Shown here piece by piece: positions 11,058-21,557 of a stretch of 64,000 bases of DNA; the stretch's first letter is position 1, and each line of letters starts with the position of its first letter. Under the pieces are notes generated by a model. That model did not search any database and was not told the DNA's origin. It worked only from the letters and a program-made list of their open reading frames with translations. Both the position numbers and the translations under genes were made by a program. Source of the stretch: Azolla caroliniana (lineage: Eukaryota > Plantae > Polypodiophyta); NCBI GenBank assembly GCA_043228905.1, contig JBHGNT010000003.1:10292001-10356000 (forward strand), given 5' to 3'.

Positions 11058-14000
11058 CTATCTCCTTCGTTTTGCTTCTTTCTTCAGCTCCACATGATAA
11101 AGATCCAAATTCGTGCGAATCCATAGACGTCGGAAGATAAGCTCATCCTTTGCCACCTCATCTTAGAATGCAAGTGTGAACCCACCCATCACCCCGATAT
11201 TTGTCAGTTTTTTAATCAACAGTTCCCTAAGATAATTATATGAAAGAAGGGTAAAACGCCAAAATGCCCCTAACTTGTTGGGTACTAATCACAATACGCT
11301 GAAGTTAATATAAGAAATCACCAAAAATACCCGTGCAGCAAATGTTGTAATACATGGTAAAGAAGGGTATTCTGGTCATTTCCAAAAACTTAGGGGGTAT
11401 TCTAGTGAATATCCAAACTCTTAGGGGCATTTGGTGTTTCAAGGAATTGGCATCAATATTGAGCACTAATATGTCTTACTCAGATTTTTCCAACTGACAT
11501 TCGATATTCCAAGACAACGCCTTGTGAGAAATGCCGCATCCTCCCAGGCATATGGAAGATGTTTGATCCAGTATCTCCATATCCAGCATGTTTGCCAATA
11601 TATCAACTGTCATAAACATCTCTTAATTATGAACTTTGAATGCCCAACATATATAAAAGACATGGTTCCACAACTTTCCAGTAAGTAAAATAGACCAAAC
11701 AAACAAAAACATCACTAGTTTTTGTAGCAATGGACAAATACCATGATGGCATGCTCACTGAACCCTGGATAATGGCTTCAAACATAAAATTCTGTGGACA
11801 CCTCGAACTATATTTTAGTAATTTCAAAATTACTAATCCTTGAAAAATATGTCACTAACTTATAAAAGATAAAATAATGTGGATTTAAAATAAGTTGTAA
11901 ATGCAAGGTGGGTTTTTTGGATGCCTTTATTGTTGAGAATGATTAGAATTATAGCCCAACGGCTAGTTATCCCAACGCCCAGATCTTGGCCTTTAAGAGG
12001 AACCTTCTCCTCATGTATAAAGTGATCTCTGTGTTTCCTCTCTCCTGTTGTGACATATATGTATATTCTTGAGAATAAAGATGTTTTTCTCATTTTTCAA
12101 TATGGTATCAGAGCCTAGATCCGCCCTTATGCAAAACCCTAGATCTTCCCCTCTGCCAAACCCTAGATCCGCCCCTCTGCTGGTGTAGCAGTGAACGGAA
12201 CAGCACTGTCCTAGCATCCAAGAGACGAAAGGGAGGCTTCTCCTTAGGATGACAGTGCTATGTGAATGAGAGGTGACTTCAGCAAAGAAGTCATAAGAGG
12301 AGAGATGAGATAGTCTATGTTAAGAAGATGGATGAGGTGTCGTCAAAATTGAATGAGGATCAGGTGAAAACATTGGTGAAATACATGAAGCAGGCTGAGA
12401 TTGTAGCGTCTGGAGGTGTGACGGGAACACAACCACCACCTCGCCTTCCAGATTATTTGTGAGCATGGATGTGCATTTCCGAGAGTGGGAGCCATATTAT
12501 AAACAAAAGGTAACTTCACCCTTTGATGACTTAATTGAGACTGAAAATATGAGGGAAGGAGATAATGGTGAGAGGTTGCTAAAAACAGGATACACCAGCT
12601 GAGAAACAAGTGAGCATAGGAGATGAGGAAGAAGAAGGAAAAGAAGACGAGGAACCTGTATGTGTTGGGGCTCAACCTGAGGGGGAGCTAAATGTGTATA
12701 CCTAGAGTGAGAGGCAAAAGGAAATATGAACACGTCTGCAGTGCCACTTGTGCCATCAAGTCCCATGTCCCAACTTGCCTCGACTTCTGAAATACCTATA
12801 GAACTCCCAAACCCAGAAATCACAGGTGATATGATTTCCTCTCCTTCTCCTATAGTGGTTAGGAGGACCTCTCGCAGTAATGTAGGAGTCCCTCCTGATC
12901 GTTATGGTTTTCCTCATGATATTGCTCAGTTTATCTCTTATTCCAACATATCAGCTACACATAGAGCATTCATTGCATCATTAGACTCCGTCACTTTACC
13001 CAAGTGTTGGCAGGTTGCTAAAGAAGATCCAAAGTGGAAAGCAGCTACGCAAGAAAAACTCAGAGCTCTTGAGAAGAACAAAACTTGGGAGATTGTATCA
13101 CTACCACCAGGAAAGCAGTCGGTTGGGTGCAAATGGGTATGGGTATTCACAATAAAATAGACCCCAGAGGGTAAAATCAATCGTTACAAGGCTCAATTAG
13201 TGGCTAAGGGATATAGTCAAACATATGGCATTGATTACAATGAGACTTTTGCACCCGTAGCAAAGATGAGCACTATTAGAACGCTTATTTCCTTGGCAAT
13301 GAATAAGGATTGGAAATTACATAAATGAGATGTAAAAAATGCATTCCTTCATGGAGAGTTGATGGAGGAAGTGTACATGAATATCCCCCCAGGTTTTGGT
13401 ACAATTCAAACAATAGGCAAGGTGTGCAAACTAAGGAAGTTGCTTTATGGACTGAATCAATCTTCTCGAGCTTGGTTCGACAGGTTAAGAAGGGCTATGG
13501 TGGGTATGGGATACCAGCAAATCAATGTGGACCATACTATGTTTTTCCGACAACAAAAGGAGCATACTACATTACTTGTTGTGTATGTGGATGATATAAT
13601 CATCACGGGTGACAATGAAGGTGCAACTAGGTAAAGAGTTTGAGGTGAAGGATCTAGGGTTGCTACGATACTTTCTTGGAATTGAGGTAGCTCGTGGGGC
13701 AGACGGAGTTGTTCTATCTCAGCAAAAATATGTATTAGATCTTCTCACAGAAACTGGAATGTTGGGTTGTAGGCCTATAGCTTCTCCAATTGACCCAAAG
13801 ATTAAGATAACTGAACTTGCATGAGAAAAAGTTGATTGTGAAAGTTATCAAAGATTGGTAGGTCGGCTGATTTATTTGACTCACACTCGTCCAAATATTT
13901 CATTTGCAGTAAGTGTGGTAAGTCGCTACATGCATGATCCGAGGAAAGATCATATGGATGCAGTGTAGCAGATTCTGAGATATCTCATAGGTGCCCCAAG

Positions 14001-14694
14001 GAAGGGATTGATCTTTAGAAAACATTGTCACATTGAGGGCTATTATGATTCTGATTGGGCTAGTTATGTTGATGATAGGAAATCCATATCAGGTTACTAC
14101 ATGTATGTTGGGGGCAATCTAGTCTCTTGGAAGAAGCAAAATATAGAGCTATTGCACATTATGTACTATAAAAACCCCTTATGGGGCACATAAGGAATAT
14201 AACCTTTTTTCCCCTCATTTTGGTGTAATTCCTCTCTCCTTCTCTCTCACACGTAACCCCCTTGGGAGGGGGGTGGAGCCATTCTAGGCTTCACCCCCCA
14301 CCCCAACAACACTTTTGGCACGCCCGAACGGACGACCTTCCCTTGAGAAGAAGTCACGTCTCCCTCCCTTGCTCACCCTCTCCAACAATAATCTATCTCT
14401 CTCTCTCTCGTTGCATCTCCGTGTTATGTGTGTCTATGGGATGGAAACCCTAGTCCCTCGAAAGAAGAAGAAGAAAGAAGTAGCAGAAGGGAAGTTGTAC
14501 TCAACCCCAAGTACGCTTACGAGAAAGAAGACGAGCTCGTCACGCAACAAACACCCGATTTCTCTGCTACGTCTGCTCACACTCAAGACTCTCTACTCAT
14601 TAGGGTTAGGGTTAGGGTTTCCCTTTTCGCCTACGTCTCCTCTCCCCTCTCAAGCTTCTCTCTGTCTCTGTTTGTTTTGCTTGCTCACACTCAA

Positions 14695-14752
<58 letters not shown>

Positions 14753-17700
14753 ATCTTCTTCTCTGTCGCTCAGATCTAAGGAGCTCCCGCCCTCGCTTGC
14801 CTTTGATTCCTCCCGTTTTCGCATCTATATTTACATCTTCGCACTCAGTAAGTAAGGTTTCTAGCTATGGCGTCCGAAACTGAAAAGCTGAGATCAACCA
14901 GCTCCTTAGCCTCATCATTAACACCTTCTACAGCAACAAGGAGATCTTGCGAGAGCTCATCAATAACTCCTCAGATGCTTTAGACAAGATTCGCTTAGAA
15001 CATCTCACAGACAAGTCAAAGCTCGATTCTCAGCCTGAACTTTTCATTTACATTGTTCCCGACAAAGCCACAAATACTCTTATCATCGTTGACAGTGCCA
15101 TTGGAATGACTAAAGCAGATCTTGTAAACAATTTGGGTACTATTGCGCGTTCTAGAACCAAGGAGTTCATGGAGGCCCTTGCAGCAGGTGCTGACATGAG
15201 CATGATCGGTCAGTTCGGCGTGGGTTTCTACTTTGCATACTTGGTGGCCAAGAAAGTTGTTACCACGAAACATAATGATGATGAGCAATACATCTGGGAA
15301 TCCCAGGCCGGTGGCTCCTTTACTGTTACTAGAGATGATGGAGAGCCTCTTGGAAGAGGTACCAAGATCACTCTCTACCTGAAGGAAGATCAGCAAGAAT
15401 ACCTTGAAGTTGTTAGAAATATTGAGAATCGATTAGATAGGTATATAGAGTTACAACCACAGAGATGGATATATGAAAACAAAACTTCTTCTATTACATA
15501 TGAGAGTAACTCACAATGGTAGTTCACCAGTGAGCCCACACCTTAGAGCTTAGATGGGAAGTGGACCAGTTCACTACAAAATTAGTGGGGATTGATGATC
15601 AATACACCACTGTGTAAGAGAGTGGATTATATTCATATTCTCTGTTTGGTCTGAGTGTAACATTAAATGTGCATGTCAATTGATAGTAGTGGAGATATTC
15701 CTTTTTTGTCAACTTGTCATTAATATGACCCAACTCCCTAGATACAAGATAGAGCTAGATAGTACTTATCTTGAAGTCAATAGCACATACTTCAAGACTA
15801 AGTACATTGTAACTTGCACACAAAATATTCTAGTTGACTTGATTAGCCAATCCTATTACCTATTTTGCTCTTTCCTAAATCCATTGTGTCCTACACATCT
15901 ATGGTTTCCTAGATTAACACCTTATCGACCCATATGGTCGAGTTGCACACTAGCCGCTCCTCATTTGGGGTGCTATCACAAAATGTGCACTCTAAGAGCA
16001 CATATGGGGATAGATTTACAACCTGGGGCTGATCATTGATTATATCTAACAACATTCACAATTTATCAGCTATCCTATTTCTCTGTGGGTTGAGAAGCCG
16101 ACGACAAAGGAGGTTTCTAATGATGAGGAAGAAGAGGAGAAAGAAACCAAGGAAGAAGAAGAGGGTAAAGTTGAAGCGATGTCATTTGCAAGGCGAAGCT
16201 TGTTGCAAGGTATGAAGGAGGAATGGCCAAAAATAAGAAACTTCAAAAGTTTTGAAGGATTTGTACGTGAAGTCCGACCTACAAATCGAGAACACAACCT
16301 TGTCATTGAGTCATATTCATTGGGGGAATTGAGGAGCACATGAAGAAGATTGAATCAAAGAATTCATTGGAAAACTATGCATACAACATGAGGAATACCA
16401 TCAAGGATGATAAGATTGCCAATAAATTGGATGCCGCCGCCGCAATCACTGCCGCTACCAGAATACCAGTTGAAGAAGACTGAGAGGAGAACAAAGAAAG
16501 AAAAGAAAGCAAGAGAGAAAGAGAGAAAGAGAAAGGGGCAGAGAGGAATATTACAATAACTCAAGGGCACACACTCGAATTTCAAAAGTTCGAGGGTAGA
16601 AGACAAATTTTAAAAGCACAAGGGCATAGTACAGAATTTCAAAAACTTGAGGGCACGCAAACAAATTTCGAAAAGAGAAGGGCAGGACACAAGATTTCTA
16701 AAACCGAAGGATACTTAATAGGACATAGAATTTTGGAAATATAAGGTTACAAAAACTTATCACTATTCACACTAAGAAGGAAAAACATATATATATATAT
16801 ATACACACACCCACAATCATTGATAAACCTAAACGAAGGTACCATAGTGGATAAGACGATTGGTGTGCGATCCAATCGTGCAATTATGCTGACCGAACGA
16901 GAAGGTTCGTGTCAAGCCAACTCCGATCGAAGTTATCAATCGTCGAGCAGTAATCCGGTCAAGGAATTTCCGACCGTGAGAGAAGACCGATAGAGGTCCG
17001 ATCAACAAGAGTTTTTTCGACATGGGCTTATGGGTCCGGCTTATAGGCGTGCCAGGTGTTATCTGTATAGGTGTACGGGATGGATAAAAGATGTAATGTA
17101 TGGTGTGTAAAGCCTAAGGTGTGTAATAGGTAATATGCATAGGAGTGTGTGAGGATGAGTATGTGTGAGCACATACACAATTATGTGTATGTGACAAGAA
17201 TGTAACGGTCGTCTTTTTGTAACGATCATTATTTACCGTTACATTATGTACTATAAAAACCCTTTATGGGGCACATAAGGAATATAGCTTTTTCCCCTCA
17301 TTTTTGTGTCATCCTAGAATGGCTTCACCCATAAAGACAAATACAAAATGACAAATCCAAATCACAAAAATGTGAGACGGGAAAAATGTCTATCCATTAT
17401 GTGCCCCATAAAGGGTTTTTATAATACATAATGTAACGGTAAATAATGAGCGTTACAAAAAGACGACCGTTACATTCTTGTCACATGCACATAATTGTGC
17501 ATGTGCTCACACATACTCATCCTTACACACTCGCATACATATTATATATTACACACCTTAGACTTTACACACCATACACATTACACCTTATCCATCACAT
17601 ACACCTATACGGATAACACCTGACACGCCTGTGGAACAATGCATCGCACATCGAACCCACAAGCCCATGCCGAAAAAAAACTCTTGTTGACCGAAACTCC

Positions 17701-20700
17701 ATCGGTCTTCTCTCACGATCAGAAATTCCTCGACCAGACTACTGCTCGACGATCTATAACTTCGATCAGAGCTAGCTTGACACTTCTCGTTCGATCAACA
17801 TAATCGCACGATTGGATCGCACACAAATCGTCTTATCCATTGCGGTACCGTTATTTAGGTTTATCAATAATTGTGGGTGTATGTGGGTGTGTATATATAG
17901 ATATAGATATGTTTTTTATCTTCCTTAGTATGTGTAGTGATGAGTTGTGTTTCCAAAATTTTATGTCCTACCTCTCAGGTTTTTTTTCTAAATTTATATT
18001 AAGTACTCTCCAGTTTTAGAAATTTCGTGTCTTGCCCTTCTATTTCTGAAATTTGTTTGTGTGGCCTCGAGTTTCTGAAATTTTCTTCTCTGCTCCTTTC
18101 TCTTTTCTCTTTCTTCGATTTTTGAAATTCCCTTGTTCGCCCTTGACTTTTCAAAATTATCCTCTCCGTCCTCAAATTTCTGAAATTTTGCGATCTACCC
18201 TCGAGTTTTCAAATGCCCCTCTCTTCTTGCATCAATTCTTCACTTTGTATTCCAGCCTTTCACTTCTGGCGGATGGCAGCGGCTATTGTTTAGACCATTC
18301 GCATCTCCGCGATGGATATGAGGCCATGTATTTCACTATTGCTTAGGCCTCTTCTAGTTGGGATTGACCTCAAAGATTGACCGGTGATGAGGAAGGGAGG
18401 TGGGAGCTTTAGGCACCAAAGCCATGGGTGCCATTGGCTTTAGGTTTCATTTTTAGTAGCACATACCTACACACATAGGCGTACACGCAACATAGACATA
18501 GGGAGGCAATAGACAAGGAGAGAGGGAGACTTCCTCTCACGGGAGGGTTGGTCGTTCGTGCATGCCAAGAAGCCTAGAATGGCTCCACCCCCCTCCCAAG
18601 GGGAATTACGCGTGAGGAAACGAATGAGAGGGAAAAATGTTATGTTCATTACATACCCTATAAAGGGTTTATATAGAACATAGTCTAACGGCTAATAATA
18701 TGACCGTTACAAAAAGAAGACCATTACATGCTTGTCACATGCACATAATTGTGCATGTGTTTACACAAATATTTAACCTCATTCACACTCTCCTATATTA
18801 CACATACAAAACAACCCCTTTAACGTGTTTTACCCTTATACCGTCCCGTACAACTCCTAGGGTAACACATGGCACACCTGTGGGACAATGCATCACACAA
18901 TGAACCCACTCGCCATGGCAACTATTAACAACCGAAACTCCATCGATCGTCTCAATGGTCAGAAATCCATTGACTTGATCATAGCTCTACGATCGATAAT
19001 TTCGATCGGAGCATTGCTTGACTCAAACCTTCTCGTTCGGTTAACATGTCGCTCAATTGGATCACACTAATTGGCTCATCCATTGCGGCATGGGTCTTTC
19101 ATGATTCTATTACATGTATGTGTATTTTTCGGTTTCGCCATGTGAATTGAGCTTTGTATTTTGTACACTTGGTCTCTAGAATTTTTACCCTCAAGTTTTT
19201 TGAAATTTTATTTTCGGCCCTTTATTTTTCAAAATTTCATCTTTAAAATTTTCTCTTCATACCCCTCTTCTCTTCCTTAGTTTCCTTCTATTCTCCTCTT
19301 TTTTCTTTTCTTCTTGTGCGTTCTTCTCTTCTTCTGCTTCTTCCTCTGCATTTCTTCCTGTTTTCCTTCTCTCTGTGTGTATGTTCTTTCTTTTTCTTTT
19401 TCTGTGGTCACCTATGGCCATTTCCATACGTGACGTCACCATCTGTCGACCGTCAGCTCGGCCGCTACTATTTGGCGGGTTCGTCCATGTCTTTTCGGAC
19501 ACCTGTGAAACTTTGGCCATCTCTTGATGGCCAGCTTTGTTTGGGGCCGTCTTTGTACGGCTTTCGGACTGCTACTGTTTAACGGGTTCAGCCGTGTCTT
19601 TTCGGACACCTGTGAAACTTCGGCCATCTCTCAATGGCCGGCTTTGTTTGGGGCCGTCTTTGTACAACTTCCAGACCATCTTTTGGGCTCTGCTATCATC
19701 GATCTTCGTTCGTCCGCTCCGTCGTATGTCAAACCGCAGTCTTTGGGCTGACGCTTTTGTGTCAACCGATTCTCGGCCCAGCCATCTGGCCGCGTCTGTC
19801 CGGCCGCCGCCGTTTGTCGATTGTCGAACCGGCTTTGTCCTACGGCCGTCACTAACTCGGCCGTCTTTGCCCGGTTGGCCTTCACTCAGTTGTCATCGTC
19901 CATTTGTCGGCCGGCCATATCTGTTCGCGGGCCGGTTGTCGAACATCGTTCGTCGCCGTTCATCGGTTGCCGACTGTCCGTTCGGGCTCTATCGAACCGT
20001 CCGTTGCCGTTTGTCGGCTTTGTCGGACGTCTACCGTCTGTCTGGCTACTTCCACCAGCTGGCCATGTCTCGGTTGGCTGTCCGACAACGGCCCTGTTCG
20101 TTGGCTGTTTGGCCAGCCGCCGATTGGCACTATTCGGCGCCATCTACAATCATGAATCAGGAACGAAATAGCTTCGATTTAGCCCACTTGGGGTTGAGCC
20201 ACCACCATAACTTGGATTCAAATAACCACCATATCCAATATTGGCAACATCAGGGCGAGGAGATGGTGGTGGTGAATTGGGCCTCACTCCACTCTCTGAA
20301 CCATATGTAGAGTTTCCATAAGAGCTCATTGTAGAGGGAGATGCACTTCCATAAGGCACATTACATCTAGAGCCATGTGATCCCTAGTTCACATTGCTAC
20401 TCATTCCACCATAGCTCTAATTTAGATTCGGACTCAGGCTCAGAGTTGCCATAGGAGGGGGGGAGAGCTTGGGTGGAAGCGATGGAGTGGGGAGTGATGA
20501 TCGCTGCCATAGCTGTGAGGAGTAAACAAACACGCAGAGAGGAAGGTGAGATGAGGGGATGATGAATGTAGAGAGGGGCTGATGATGGTAAAGGCATCAC
20601 AAGCATATGCAAGGTCATCATCATGATCCTCCCCCTCCTGTGGATTCTCCATCATCATGTGGGTGTGTCTACGAATCTGTAAAATGCCCACAAGTCACTA

Positions 20701-21524
20701 CCACCACCAAGGAAAAAGGGGACGAGGAAGGCAAGAGAGAGAGGGAGAAGAATATTGTGTGCTTCCAAATCATTTTTCTCTGTACGTGTTTCTAAGAGAG
20801 CTCAACTGATAGCCTTTTCACCGGGATGCAACTGTGGACCAATTCTTCCAAAATCCTTTTCTCCCAAAATCTTATGCATCAATTTTTCTTCTCAGCCATG
20901 GAAACTTCTACTTCCTCTCTTAGTTTAGCTACTTCAGCTGCAAGAAGACCGTTAGTATTCTGCAGGTTCTCCACCATTGAGCTGACGGATTGAAGACGAT
21001 CTTCAGCCATGGCTCTAGATTTCCTTTCAGCTTCTATCCTGTCACTCTTCTCTGATCGGATGGTCTCCATGTCTTCTTCAAGTCTTTGATCTCATCAAAA
21101 ACCTCCTATTGTATCATGTAGAGAGTCTTTCACAAAAAACCTCTAATCAAAATGGCTCACCATATAGTGATTGTATGCACAAAAACACACTCTCTAACAC
21201 ACACAAGTAGAGGCATAGAGAGGGAGGGTGAAAGATTAGTGATGGTGAGGGAGAGTGAAGGAGGGAGAGAGTGACCTTATATTTCCAAAAACTCCTTATT
21301 GGGCACATAATGGACATAGCTTTTTCCCCTCATTTCTGTGTCATTTCGTATTTTTACTTTCCTTCTCTCTCTCTATCGTAATCCCCTTGGGAGGGGGGCT
21401 AAAGCCACCCCACCTCAACAACACTTTTGGCACGCCCGGTGGGACGACCCTCCCTTGAGAAGAAGTCATTCATACTCTCTCTCTCTCTCTCTCTCTCTCC
21501 ACACAAATCGTTCTTACATCTCAG

Positions 21525-21557
<33 letters not shown>

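Larger units (their letters stand above)
14155..17320 (+). mobile_element. Non-autonomous tRNA-Arg-primed LTR unit 1 carrying HSP90/HSP70 cargo
   Basis: Truncated LTR 14155-14311 (TATAAAAA at 14167, ends CAACAACA), CTTT spacer, PBS TGGCACGCCCG at 14316, cargo, then a conserved ~750-bp terminal block at 16560-17320 that runs back into the same TATA/R sequence (17252). Confidence 0.75.

Noticed and set aside
11931-14154. Horizontal transfer of the angiosperm-looking Ale-type copia
   Set aside because: Impression only; it needs a nucleotide-identity search across taxa, which I cannot run.
14600-14617. (TTAGGG)3 telomere-like run
   Set aside because: Only three units; such runs are common in plant leader sequences.
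14947-15522. ORF-track 191-aa HSP90 as a functional gene
   Set aside because: Upstream frameshift after MASETE, missing conserved residues, and the ORF runs into a solo LTR.
16564-16715. CRISPR-like array
   Set aside because: Eukaryotic context, degenerate contiguous repeats without unique spacers, and no cas genes.
19537-20310. 257-aa + strand ORF
   Set aside because: Stop-poor, GC-rich repetitive sequence spanning two unrelated cargo segments; no protein-like signal.
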